A stretch of 64,000 nt of DNA from Gemmatimonadales bacterium (GCA_050184075.1 JBFXAS010000002.1:15831-79830), one strand, 5' to 3'. Numbered from the stretch's first letter, positions 39,675 through 48,720 are shown. Numbers and translations: made by a program. The notes: generated by a model not told the origin, from the sequence alone.

Positions 39675-40196
39675 ATGAGGAAGTTGCTGCTTGGCCTGGT
39701 TGCGGTTGGCGCGGTCACCCTGGCGGCTGGGCGCACCGCGGAGGCCCAGGTCCGGTTCGGGGCCAATCTGAGTTGGGGGGGCGACACCGACGTCGGACTC
39801 GGCGCCCGGCTCAACTTCGGCGTGGGCAGCCTCGCCGACTCGAAACCGATCGAGGGCCTCATCACCTTCGACTACTTCTTTCCCGATGAGAGCTTCGGCG
39901 TCGACGCGACCTATTGGGAGATCTCGGCCAACGCGATCTATCGTTTCGTCGAGCGCGGGAAGGGGATCACGCCCTACGCCGGCGGAGGCGTGCTGCTGGC
40001 GCGTTCCTCGGTCGAGGTCGGCAGCGGTCAATCCAGTATCTCCGGCTCGGACTCTGACATCGGACTGAGCATTCTGGGTGGCCTTCGCTTCAAGACGGCG
40101 GGCACGCTGATCCCGTTTGCGGAGGCGCGAATCGACATCGTGGCCGACAACTCGCAGCTGGTGCTGTCGGGCGGCGTGTACTTCGGTCAGCCCTGA
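39675..40196 (+). CDS. small outer membrane beta-barrel protein (OmpW/OmpA-beta-barrel-like)
   Basis: ATG 39675 is preceded by AGGAGG. Signal peptide MRKLLLGLVAVGAVTLAAGRTAEAQ, alternating strands, and a terminal ...GGVYFGQP. Confidence 0.75.
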   Translation: MRKLLLGLVAVGAVTLAAGRTAEAQVRFGANLSWGGDTDVGLGARLNFGVGSLADSKPIEGLITFDYFFPDESFGVDATYWEISANAIYRFVERGKGITPYAGGGVLLARSSVEVGSGQSSISGSDSDIGLSILGGLRFKTAGTLIPFAEARIDIVADNSQLVLSGGVYFGQP

Positions 40197-40220
40197 CCGA
40201 GACGCCCGTCGCGCGAGAGT

Positions 40221-40247
40221 CCCGGATCGGCTGACCCCCGATCCGGG
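40221..40247 (+). terminator. hairpin between convergent genes (candidate bidirectional terminator)
   Basis: CCCGGATCGG-ctgaccc-CCGATCCGGG is a perfect 10-bp stem followed by GCTCTTTGCG. It lies between the OMP stop (40196) and the convergent oxidoreductase stop (40258). Confidence 0.5.
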
Positions 40248-40257
40248 GCTCTTTGCG

Positions 40258-41541
40258 TCAATCGGTCCAGAGGGCCGGGTCGATCGTCACGGTCGTGCCC
40301 GAGCGGATGGCCTGGTTGCCGAGAATGCCGACCACGGTGCTGGCGAGCCCATCGCGCGCGGTGCAGGGCACGGGCACGTTGGGAAAGGTCACGCTCCGCA
40401 GGAAATCGGCGAGCGCGTAGTAGAGCGGCGAGTACGGAAGCCCGATGCCTTCCTTCAGCTGGCCCAGCTCGGCGAGCTTGGTGGCGTCGGCGATCACGAT
40501 GATGCCCTCGTCGTGATGGAACTGCTGCCGCAGCGCGTAGACCTCCCAGCCCATCGTGGGCGCATCGAGCTCCTTGAACATCCAACCGTGCGACCACGCC
40601 AGGTCGAACGAGGCGTTGGTGCCATGGAGCGCTTCCCGCTGCCCGCCATACGAGTTGGCGAGCGTCGCCTCGCTCTGTACGGCCGTCCCGTCCGCCCATC
40701 GGAAGATCGCCTGCACCGAGTCGGCGACCTCGCGGCCGTCCGTGCGGAGCTGAATCGAGCCGAATCCCAGCGCCTCGGTGGGCATCGTCTCCCGGAACCA
40801 ATGGAAGACGTCGAGCTGATGCGAGGTGATCTCCCCGATCAGACCGAGCGACAGCTCTGGGTCGAGCCGCCAGTTGCTCTCTGCCGCGCTCATGCCGTCC
40901 GGCGGCGGGAACCGCCAGGACGTCTTCCGGTGATAATGCGTGCGTCCCGAGACGAAGTCCCGGAAGGACGCCGTCTTGAAGAAGGTCCGGGCCAGCTGGT
41001 AGACCGGATTCGAGCGCGCCTGGTACCCGGCCATGAAGATCCGGTTGCTCATCTCGGCGGCGACGACGATGGCGCGGGCGTCTTCGACGGTGTGGGCGAG
41101 CGGCGCCTCGCAGAAGCAGTGCCGCCCGGCGCTCAAGGCGTCCTCGACGATCGCCCGGTGGAGGTGGGTCGGGGTCGCGACCACGATCGCCTCGAGGTCG
41201 CGCCGCCGATCCAGCATCGCACGGTGATCGGCGAACCCCTCGCTGCCGGGTGCCCGATCGAGCGCGCTCGCGAGCCGGGCGGGATTCGTGTCCGCCACCG
41301 CCACGATCCGCGCGCCCTCGATCTTCTGCAGCTCGGTGATGATCGCCCGTCCCTGGCGACCCACGCCGACCAGGCCGATGGCCTTCGGCTCGACCAGACG
41401 CCTCGGCCCCAGTCGCGCCAGCTCGGGCAGCAGCGCGAGACTCGCGACCGAGCCGGCCGCTCGGTGCAGAAAGGCTCGGCGATCGGTCACGTCGGCGACT
41501 CGGGCATTGGCTGCCAGGTCGCGTCGTCGTCGCGAATCCAC
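40258..41541 (-). CDS. Tat-signal Gfo/Idh/MocA family oxidoreductase
   Basis: Twin-arginine leader (DRRAFLHRAAGSVASLALL) and Rossmann motif IGLVGVGRQGRAI. 427 aa. The start is uncertain (41541 or GTG near 41499). Confidence 0.85.
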   Translation of the reverse strand: MDSRRRRDLAANARVADVTDRRAFLHRAAGSVASLALLPELARLGPRRLVEPKAIGLVGVGRQGRAIITELQKIEGARIVAVADTNPARLASALDRAPGSEGFADHRAMLDRRRDLEAIVVATPTHLHRAIVEDALSAGRHCFCEAPLAHTVEDARAIVVAAEMSNRIFMAGYQARSNPVYQLARTFFKTASFRDFVSGRTHYHRKTSWRFPPPDGMSAAESNWRLDPELSLGLIGEITSHQLDVFHWFRETMPTEALGFGSIQLRTDGREVADSVQAIFRWADGTAVQSEATLANSYGGQREALHGTNASFDLAWSHGWMFKELDAPTMGWEVYALRQQFHHDEGIIVIADATKLAELGQLKEGIGLPYSPLYYALADFLRSVTFPNVPVPCTARDGLASTVVGILGNQAIRSGTTVTIDPALWTD

Positions 41542-42458
41542 CCGCGCCAGCCTGGCCCCGCCGGCAGCCGGCGTGGCGCTCCCGCCGCGACCGCGGTCGC
41601 CCAGGCATCGGCCACCCGGCCACTCGGTCCCACGATCGCGACGGTCCGGGTCGCCGCAACCGGCTCGCCGTCACGGCCCCGCAGGTGTCGCTCCGCGGCG
41701 CCTTCCCGAACCCGATGGGTCGCCGACACGGAGTAGGCGAGATCCGCCAGCTCGAACACCGGAGCGGGGAGCTTGCCCTCGAGCGCCACCCGCCAGGGCC
41801 GGCCGTCCACCGCGGAGCCCAGCGCGATCCCGCTGCTGGTGCCGCCGTGGACGAACGCCCCGGCCACACCGGCCGCTCGGAGCTCCGCCACGGCGAGGTC
41901 GAGCGCGTGTCCCTTGGCGATCGCCCCGAGATCGAGCTCGGTCGCGGCCGACTCCAGGGAGATCGCCCCCTCCTCGGAATGCACGAGCAGTCCGCCCACG
42001 CCGCCGGTCACGTCGAACCGACCGTCGGTCCACGCGGCGATGGCCAGAGCGTCTTCGAAGAGGGACAGGGTCGCGGCGTCGACGGCCACCTTCCGAGGGG
42101 CCACCCGACGGAGGTGGGCGAGCAGACCCGACGGATCGAAGCGGCTCAGCCGGACCGCCAGCTCGTCGACGACCTCCAGCGCGGCTTCGGCGGCCGCGAG
42201 GAGCAGCGCCGGCTCCGTGCCATGGGCCACCAGCTCGAAGCGCGTGGCCATGGCCTCTCGGGCGAGGCGGACCTCGCCGCCCGGCGGCGAGGCGATCGAG
42301 GCGGTCAGAGCTTCTTCACCTTGCGCTTGGCGGGATCGTACCCGAAGGCGGACCCCTCCCACAGGGAGCGGGTGGCGAGGTCGACGATCACCATCACCTT
42401 GGCGCCGAGCTCGACCGGGCTCGCCGATGGCGCTTTGCTCCGCATCGCGTCGAGCCAC
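41487..42458 (-). CDS. apbE: FAD:protein FMN transferase (ApbE family)
   Basis: ApbE signatures: AMATRFELV (equivalent to the MGT motif), LDLGAIAKGHALD and AFVHGGTSS. The 5' end is uncertain. The ORF maximum (42458) overlaps the upstream gene by 154 nt, and the next ATG (42251) would remove the leader. Confidence 0.7.
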   Translation of the reverse strand: MARRDAEQSAIGEPGRARRQGDGDRRPRHPLPVGGVRLRVRSRQAQGEEALTASIASPPGGEVRLAREAMATRFELVAHGTEPALLLAAAEAALEVVDELAVRLSRFDPSGLLAHLRRVAPRKVAVDAATLSLFEDALAIAAWTDGRFDVTGGVGGLLVHSEEGAISLESAATELDLGAIAKGHALDLAVAELRAAGVAGAFVHGGTSSGIALGSAVDGRPWRVALEGKLPAPVFELADLAYSVSATHRVREGAAERHLRGRDGEPVAATRTVAIVGPSGRVADAWATAVAAGAPRRLPAGPGWRGWIRDDDATWQPMPESPT

Positions 42459-43627
42459 TGGATCCGAAGCTGATCCTGCTCGTCACCCAGGTCCTCGCCG
42501 GGGAAGACCTGCTCCTCCACCTCGTCCGCGTAGAGCCGCTCGGGTCGGAGCAGCGCCTGCCGTCCGCCGACGTAGAGGTTGCCGTGGTGGCCCCGGATCA
42601 CGGTCTCGAGGCCCAGCTCGTTCACGGTCGACCCGGCGACGACCATCGTGTGCTCGCCCTCGAACTCGGCCGTGAGACTGATCTGGTCGTGGTTCTCCAT
42701 CGCCTTGTCCACGTAGTGCCCGCCGCTCGCGACGACTCGGGTGGGCCACCCCAGGTCGAGCGCCATGATCAGCGGCGCGATTCGGTGGACCAGCAGGTCG
42801 CCGATGATCCCGGTCGAGTACTTCCGATAGCGACGCCAGCGCGCGTAGATCTCGGGATTCCAATCCACGCTACCGAGGGGACCGCACCATTGCTTCCAGT
42901 CCAGGTTGACCCCTGGCTCCCAGGCGGGGTCGACCTCGTAGTAGAGCCACTCCCCGTCCCTGTTGTTCCGGCAGTAGCTGGTCTGGCTCCAGACCGGCTT
43001 GCCGATCGCCCCGTCGGCGATCAGCTCCCGGGCCTTGCGATAGCTCCCGTACATCACGAACTGGGTGCCGACGGTGACCAGGCAGCCCGGGCTCTTTTCG
43101 ACCACGTCGGTCAGCCGCAGCGCCTCGGGCAGCCTCAGCGTCATCGGCTTCTCGACGTAGACCGCCTTTCCCGCCTCGATCGCCTCCTCGGTGATCCGGG
43201 CGTGCCAATGCTCCGGCACCGCGATGACGACCCCGTGGAGGTCGGGGCGCTCGAGCAGGGCGTGGTAGTCGGCGTAGTGGGTCTCCACGCTGCCTTCGCC
43301 CTGGATCTCCTCCGCCTTGGCGCGGGCGGCGTCGAGGCGGGCCCTGCAGACGTCCGCCAGCGCGGCCACCCGGACCGCCGCGCGTCCATCGGTGCCGATT
43401 CGGGCAAACGCCTCTACGTGGCCGGTTCCCATGCCGCCGGTGCCGATCACCCCGATCCGGGCGGGCTCCTGTTCCCCTGGAATCCGCCGCGGGCCCGCGA
43501 CCGGGGTCGGAAGCGCGGTCAGACGGTCGATCAGTCGATTGGTCTGGTCGGCAGAGAGGCCGCCGAGTCCGGCGGCGAGGCCGGCGGAGTGGCGGAGGAA
43601 GCTGCGTCGATCCGTAGACGTACTCAC
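42305..43627 (-). CDS. Tat-signal Gfo/Idh/MocA family oxidoreductase
   Basis: GTG start. Leader MSTSTDRRSFLRHSAGLAAGLGG and Rossmann motif IGVIGTGGMGTGHV. 440 aa. Confidence 0.9.
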   Translation of the reverse strand: MSTSTDRRSFLRHSAGLAAGLGGLSADQTNRLIDRLTALPTPVAGPRRIPGEQEPARIGVIGTGGMGTGHVEAFARIGTDGRAAVRVAALADVCRARLDAARAKAEEIQGEGSVETHYADYHALLERPDLHGVVIAVPEHWHARITEEAIEAGKAVYVEKPMTLRLPEALRLTDVVEKSPGCLVTVGTQFVMYGSYRKARELIADGAIGKPVWSQTSYCRNNRDGEWLYYEVDPAWEPGVNLDWKQWCGPLGSVDWNPEIYARWRRYRKYSTGIIGDLLVHRIAPLIMALDLGWPTRVVASGGHYVDKAMENHDQISLTAEFEGEHTMVVAGSTVNELGLETVIRGHHGNLYVGGRQALLRPERLYADEVEEQVFPGEDLGDEQDQLRIQWLDAMRSKAPSASPVELGAKVMVIVDLATRSLWEGSAFGYDPAKRKVKKL

Positions 43628-43629
43628 GA

Positions 43630-44523
43630 TCAGCCTCGGGGCTCGAGCGAGATGACCCGTCTGAGGAGTCGCAGCGTGGCGGCGACGCCGTCGCGCTCGC
43701 CGAGTCCGCTGCCCTCGTATTCGATGCCGATCCAGCCGCGATATCCGGCGGACTGGACGATCTCCATCATTCGGACGTAGTCGGTGTGGGTCTCGTTTCC
43801 GTACCCGTCGAAATCGTGGGACTTGGAGCTCAGTGCCTTCGCGAAGGGCATCATCTCGGCGACGCCCCGGTAGCGGTCGTACTCGTAGAAGTTGCCGAAG
43901 TCGGGCAGGGTCCCGCAGCGCGGATGGTCCACCCGGCGCATCACGCCGGCGAGCCAGTCGCCGTGGGACGAGAGACCCCCGTGATTCTCCACGATCACGT
44001 TGAGCTCGAGCGGCTCGGCGAGCTCGGTCAGTCGCCGGAGACCGTCCGCCGCGAGCCGCTGCTGCTCTTCGGCGCTTCCCTCGCTCGCGGCATTGACGCG
44101 GATGGTCGCGCAGCGCAACGTCTTGGCGGCGTCGAGCCAGCGCTGGTGGTTCTCGACGGCCCTGGCCCGGGCCGCCGGGTCGGGGTCGCCGAGCCGGCCC
44201 TCGCCGTCACACATGATCAGGTGCTGGTAGACGCCCTCGCCGTCCGCTCGTCGGTTCATCTCCCGGAGGTAGGCCGCGTCGGTCGCCCGGTCCTTGAAGA
44301 AGGTGTTGACGTACTCGATCGCGCCGACCCCGAAGTCCCGGCGGGCGACCCTGGCGAAATCGAGGTGGTCGATCGCGCCACTCCGAAGGGTTCGGTGGAA
44401 CGACCACTGCGCCAGGGAGATCTGGTATCGCTGGGCCGGGGGCTCTGCGGGTCGGTCCCACGGCAGCATCACGGCTCCGAGGCCGGCCTGGAGCAGCTCG
44501 CGGCGGGTGAGTCTTTGGGTCAT
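43630..44523 (-). CDS. Tat-signal sugar phosphate isomerase/epimerase (xylose isomerase-like TIM barrel)
   Basis: ATG 44523 gives [20 protein letters not shown], followed by an AP_endonuc_2-type barrel (ISLAQWSF..., [15 protein letters not shown]). Confidence 0.85.
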   Translation of the reverse strand: MTQRLTRRELLQAGLGAVMLPWDRPAEPPAQRYQISLAQWSFHRTLRSGAIDHLDFARVARRDFGVGAIEYVNTFFKDRATDAAYLREMNRRADGEGVYQHLIMCDGEGRLGDPDPAARARAVENHQRWLDAAKTLRCATIRVNAASEGSAEEQQRLAADGLRRLTELAEPLELNVIVENHGGLSSHGDWLAGVMRRVDHPRCGTLPDFGNFYEYDRYRGVAEMMPFAKALSSKSHDFDGYGNETHTDYVRMMEIVQSAGYRGWIGIEYEGSGLGERDGVAATLRLLRRVISLEPRG

Positions 44524-44739
44524 GGGTCGGGATGGCCAGGGGATCCGAGAATGTAGGGGTCGAGCCGGGCCCGTAACAGGTCCGATCGGTCGCCCACGGG
44601 CCCTCGAAGTCGGCGGACGGGGATCGAGCTGGCGGGGCCGACGGGCGGCACGGACCCGGGCACTCATGGTTTCGCGGACCGGAGCCGCCCGCATGATCAT
44701 GCCCGGCCTGCCGTGTCTGACAGTCTGCCCACTCGGCTG

Positions 44740-44803
44740 AAGAGATTGTTCAGCAAGGGTTTACAGTAATTAAGCAAGTATTCCCTTATTTACTGGAGGG
44801 ACC
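44740..44803. promoter_or_regulatory. AT-rich island in the divergent intergenic region (likely promoter/operator of the MFS gene)
   Basis: gaagagattgttcagcaagggtttacagtaattaagcaagtattcccttatttactGGAGGGacc. It contains CAGTAA (44764-44769) and TTACTG (44790-44795) in inverted orientation, and a GGAGGG RBS before the TTG at 44804. Confidence 0.3.
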
Positions 44804-46075
44804 TTGAGCAAGTCGCCGGTCGGACGACTGTCGGTCATGATGTTCCTGCAGTATGCCGTGTGGGGGGCGTGGCTCCCCCTCGCCGCCCGCTATCTCTCCG
44901 CCTCGCCGGCCGAGGGCGGCCTCGGGTTCACGGGGCCGCAGATCGGGCTGATCCTCGGTCTGGCCGGATCGATCGGAGCGATCGCCTCGCCGTTCATCGC
45001 CGGCCAACTCGCCGATCGGTACTTCAGGACCGAGCGGTTCCTGGCGGTGCTGCTAGTGGTCGGCGGGGTGGTCAAGTGGCTCACTGCCGGCCGAACCGAC
45101 TACCCGTCCTGGTTGCTGCTCTCGATTCTCTACAGCGTCGTCTACATGCCCACGCTGGCGCTGTCCAACTCGATGGCGTTCGCCCATCTGAGCGATCGCG
45201 ACCGGCAGTTTCCCAAGGTCCGGGTCTGGGGCACGATCGGCTGGATCGCGGTCAGCTGGGCCTTCCCGATGCTCTATCTCCAGAGCGATCTGTCGCTCCA
45301 ATGGGTGCCGCCGTTCCTGGTCGGGCCGGAGAAGGCCAACGTCACCTCCCGGCTGGCCGATTCGCTCCGGTTCGCCGCCCTCATCTCCTGGGCCTACGCC
45401 GCGTATTGCCTGCTGCTCCCTGCGACACCCCCGAAGCGCGAGGCCGCCGAGTCGCTCGCCTTCGCGAAGGCTTTCCGTCTCCTCCGCGAGCCGTCCTTCC
45501 TGGCGCTGGTGGTCGCGAGCCTCCCGATCAGCATCATCCACCAGATCTACTTCATTCAGACGCCGCCATTCCTCTCACACCTGGGGCTCCTGGACAGTCA
45601 GATCGGCCCGGCAATGACGATCGGTCAGTTCAGCGAGATCGCGGTCATGGCGGCGCTCGGGCTGATGCTCGCCAAGCTCGGGTTCCGGACGGTCATCAGC
45701 ATCGGCGCCCTGGCGTACTTCGTCCGGTACCTCATCTGGAGCGTCACCTCGCTGCCGGTGGAGGTCCAGGTGGCGAGCCAGGCCCTCCACGGGATCTGCT
45801 ACGCCTGCTTCTTCGCGGCGGGCTTCATCTACGCGGACCGGGTGGCGCCGGCCGACGTGAGGCACTCGGCTCAGACCGTCTTCGGGATCTTGATCCTCGG
45901 TGGCGGCCCCGTTCTGGGCGGGATCCTGTCCGGGATGCTGAGCGAGTGGTACGCCACCCCGGACGGTGGCATCGCGTACGGTCCGCTCTGGCGGGTGGTT
46001 GCCTTCATCGGGCTGGCGGCGGCGGCCTTCTTCTACGTCGCGTTCCGCGAGAAGGAGGGACCGGTCGAGGCATGA
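44804..46075 (+). CDS. MFS transporter, nucleoside:H+ symporter (NupG/XapB)-like family
   Basis: N-terminus RLSVMMFLQYAVWGAWLPLAARYL resembles the NupG-family start (SFLQF.LWGSWL). 12 predicted TM segments, 423 aa. Confidence 0.85.
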   Translation: MSKSPVGRLSVMMFLQYAVWGAWLPLAARYLSASPAEGGLGFTGPQIGLILGLAGSIGAIASPFIAGQLADRYFRTERFLAVLLVVGGVVKWLTAGRTDYPSWLLLSILYSVVYMPTLALSNSMAFAHLSDRDRQFPKVRVWGTIGWIAVSWAFPMLYLQSDLSLQWVPPFLVGPEKANVTSRLADSLRFAALISWAYAAYCLLLPATPPKREAAESLAFAKAFRLLREPSFLALVVASLPISIIHQIYFIQTPPFLSHLGLLDSQIGPAMTIGQFSEIAVMAALGLMLAKLGFRTVISIGALAYFVRYLIWSVTSLPVEVQVASQALHGICYACFFAAGFIYADRVAPADVRHSAQTVFGILILGGGPVLGGILSGMLSEWYATPDGGIAYGPLWRVVAFIGLAAAAFFYVAFREKEGPVEA

Positions 46076-46130
46076 CGGGCTCCCGATTCCCACTTAAACC
46101 CCGGTCCGGGGAGCGGCGTCCAATTCCGAC

Positions 46131-46703
46131 GTGACCACCATCGCCCTCGAGCTCGCCGGGCCCGGACGATCCGGCCCGGATCCCGCCGCCGTGCCCGCCC
46201 AGGTGCTGGCCGCCCAGCAGGGCAGCGAGCCGGCGTTCGAGGCGCTCTACCGCGCCCATGTCGACCGGATCTACGCGCTGGCCCGCCGACTGGCCTACCG
46301 TCCCGCGGAGGCGGACGACCTCACTCAGGACGTCTTCGTGCGCGCCTGGGAGGCGCTCGCCAGCTTCCGGGGCGCGAGCTCCTTCGGCACCTGGCTCTAT
46401 CGCCTCGCGGTGAACGTGATCCTCTCCGATCGGCGGAGCGCCTGGCGCCGGAGTCGACGCTTCGTGAGCTCCGAAGACACCGATGGTCCCGTGGGCCGGG
46501 TGGCGCCGGCGCCGGTCGGCATCAAGCTCGATCTCGAGCAGGCGATCGCCGGGCTCCCGCCCGGGGCCAGGACCGTGTTCGTGCTGCACGACGTCGAGGG
46601 CTATCAGCATCAGGAGATCTCGGAGCTCACGGGCATCGCGGTCGGCACCTCGAAGGCCCAGCTCTTTCGAGCCCGCCGGCTGCTCAGGGAGGTGCTCTCC
46701 TGA
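46131..46703 (+). CDS. ECF (sigma-70 family group IV) RNA polymerase sigma factor
   Basis: Region 2 (DDLTQDVFVRAWEAL) and region 4 HTH (HQEISELTGIAVGTSKAQLFRARRLL). Confidence 0.9.
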   Translation: MTTIALELAGPGRSGPDPAAVPAQVLAAQQGSEPAFEALYRAHVDRIYALARRLAYRPAEADDLTQDVFVRAWEALASFRGASSFGTWLYRLAVNVILSDRRSAWRRSRRFVSSEDTDGPVGRVAPAPVGIKLDLEQAIAGLPPGARTVFVLHDVEGYQHQEISELTGIAVGTSKAQLFRARRLLREVLS

Positions 46704-47311
46704 TGCACTGTGACGAGCTGCGAGACCGCCTCGACGCCTACCTCGCCGGCGAGCTCGCCGACCGGGAGCGGGCGGCCTCCGAGCGGCACCTGGCCGAGTG
46801 CGCGGACTGCGCGGAGGATCTGGCCGCGGCCCGCGCGATCGCCCCGGCCGCCGCCGCCCTGCCCAAGCGCTTGCCAGCGCCGGATCTCTGGCCCGCGATC
46901 GAGCGCCGGATTCGAACCCGCGGCAAGGTCACCCTTCCGGTGTGGGGCCTGGCCGCGGCCGCCTTGCTGCTCCTCGCGCTCGGCGCTACGCTCAGCCGAA
47001 TCACCCTGCCGGGGTTCCCCGCCGAGTCGGCGTCAAGCGCCGGGTCGTTCGTCGAGACGGAGTCGCGCTACCGTGAGCTTGCCGCCGTGCTCGCGGCGGA
47101 CTATCGCGCCGCGGAGCCCGAGCTCGCCCCTGAGACGCGGCGGGTGGTGGAGGCCAACCTCGAAGTGATCGAACTGGCCCTGGCCGAGACCCGGCGGGCC
47201 CTCACCTCCGACCCGCGCAATCGCGCCCTCGAGCAGATGGTGCTGGCCGCCTACCAGCGGAAGATCGAGTTTCTCGAGCGGGTCTCCAGCTATCGGGAGG
47301 ACGGCGGATGA
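46703..47311 (+). CDS. anti-sigma factor with zf-HC2 (ZAS) motif and one TM helix
   Basis: Starts 1 nt inside the sigma stop (TGATG). It has an HLAECADC (H-x3-C-x2-C) motif and a central TM helix (VWGLAAAALLLLALGA). Confidence 0.8.
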   Translation: MHCDELRDRLDAYLAGELADRERAASERHLAECADCAEDLAAARAIAPAAAALPKRLPAPDLWPAIERRIRTRGKVTLPVWGLAAAALLLLALGATLSRITLPGFPAESASSAGSFVETESRYRELAAVLAADYRAAEPELAPETRRVVEANLEVIELALAETRRALTSDPRNRALEQMVLAAYQRKIEFLERVSSYREDGG

Positions 47312-48192
47312 GGTGCTGGGTCTTCGTCCTGCCGCTGCTGGTCGTGGGGACGGCGCACGCTCAGGAGCGGCATCTCGGATTCAGGCTCAACCCGAGCGCG
47401 GCGATCCGGATCCACAACCTGATCGGCACGACGACGGTGATCGGGTGGGACCGCGATTCCGCGGACATCGTGGCGCGGGTGCCCGCCGGTGGCGGACACC
47501 TCTACGCGGGCGGCATCGGGGATGCCGCCAAGATCGGTGTCGAAGGCCAGGACCCGGCGCGCATGCCGGGCTCCGATCTCACCGTCCGGGTGCCCGCGGA
47601 CGCCCGGGTTTGGATCAAGAGCGCGTCGGCGGCGGTCCGGGTGGAGTCCATGCTGGGCGAGGTCGAGGCGGTGGCGGTGACGGGCCAGCTTAGCCTGGCC
47701 GGCTCGCCCCGGGTCGCGCTGCTCGAAACCATCGATGGCAACGTCTCGGTCGAGGGGATCGCCGGCGTGCTCCGGGTGCGCGCCGGCTCGGGCACCGTCA
47801 CAATCGACGATCCGAAGGGTCAGCGAGGGGACGTCTCGGTCACCAGCGTGCAGGGCGGCATCACGCTCGCCGCGCCGGCGCTGCTCACCGCGCGGCTCGA
47901 GACCGTCTCGGGCGACATCGAGGTCCGGGGGCATCTGTCGGGCTCGGGACGGCTCGACCTGGAGACCCACGGGGGCGACGTGCACCTGGTGCTCGCGCCG
48001 CCGGTCGACGCGCGACTGGAGCTCACCTCGGTGGCCGGTGAAGTGGTGACGGCGCTCGACGGCCGGGAGACCAGACACGGTGCCGGGACGCTGTCCCTCC
48101 TGGTCGGCGCCGCCGGCAAGAAGGGTGGCGCGCAGGTCACCGCCCGGACGTTCAAAGGGACGATCCGGGTCGATTCAAACGCTTCGCGGTAG
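47308..48192 (+). CDS. DUF4097-type (putative adhesin, beta-solenoid) secreted protein
   Basis: ATGA overlap with the anti-sigma gene. Signal peptide, then repeated ...G.V.V... strands (TVSGDIEVRG, THGGDVHLVL, SVAGEVV, FKGTIRVDS). Confidence 0.75.
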   Translation: MRCWVFVLPLLVVGTAHAQERHLGFRLNPSAAIRIHNLIGTTTVIGWDRDSADIVARVPAGGGHLYAGGIGDAAKIGVEGQDPARMPGSDLTVRVPADARVWIKSASAAVRVESMLGEVEAVAVTGQLSLAGSPRVALLETIDGNVSVEGIAGVLRVRAGSGTVTIDDPKGQRGDVSVTSVQGGITLAAPALLTARLETVSGDIEVRGHLSGSGRLDLETHGGDVHLVLAPPVDARLELTSVAGEVVTALDGRETRHGAGTLSLLVGAAGKKGGAQVTARTFKGTIRVDSNASR

Positions 48193-48231
48193 CCGAACGT
48201 CTCACCGGGCCGTACCCAACTCGGAGACCCG

Positions 48232-48720
48232 ATGGTTCGCCGCCGCTCGTTGCTCGCCGCCCTGTTCGCTTTCACCGTCGCGACCCCACTCCTCGCGGGG
48301 CCGGCCTGGATCGCGATCGAGTTTCCCGCGAATCCCTATGCGCCCGGGAGCCAGGACGCGTTCCTGATGGTCCACGCCTTCCACCACCGCGCGCCCGCGG
48401 GTCTCACGGTCACCGGCACCGCGGAGGGCATCGTGGGTGGCGCACGCCGCTCCATCCCGCTCACCCTTCGGGCAACGCAGCGCACCGGCGTCTTCGCCCT
48501 GAGCAACCAGTGGGGCGATGCCGGGGTCTGGTCACTGGTGCTCACCGTGACCGAGGCCAAGGAGAATCAGGCCCAGGCGCTGGTCAAGGTCTCCGGCGGC
48601 AAGGTGGTCGGGGTGGAGGTGGCCACTCGGCAGGGACGCGACGGCGCGAGGCCGCTGACCTTCCCGCGGCCGTTCACCCAGGCGGAGATCGAGGCGTCGC
48701 TCCGCGATCGCGCTGAATGA
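48232..48720 (+). CDS. secreted hypothetical protein
   Basis: 162 aa. Signal peptide MVRRRSLLAALFAFTVATPLLAG, GC3-rich codons. Last gene of the ECF unit. Confidence 0.6.
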   Translation: MVRRRSLLAALFAFTVATPLLAGPAWIAIEFPANPYAPGSQDAFLMVHAFHHRAPAGLTVTGTAEGIVGGARRSIPLTLRATQRTGVFALSNQWGDAGVWSLVLTVTEAKENQAQALVKVSGGKVVGVEVATRQGRDGARPLTFPRPFTQAEIEASLRDRAE

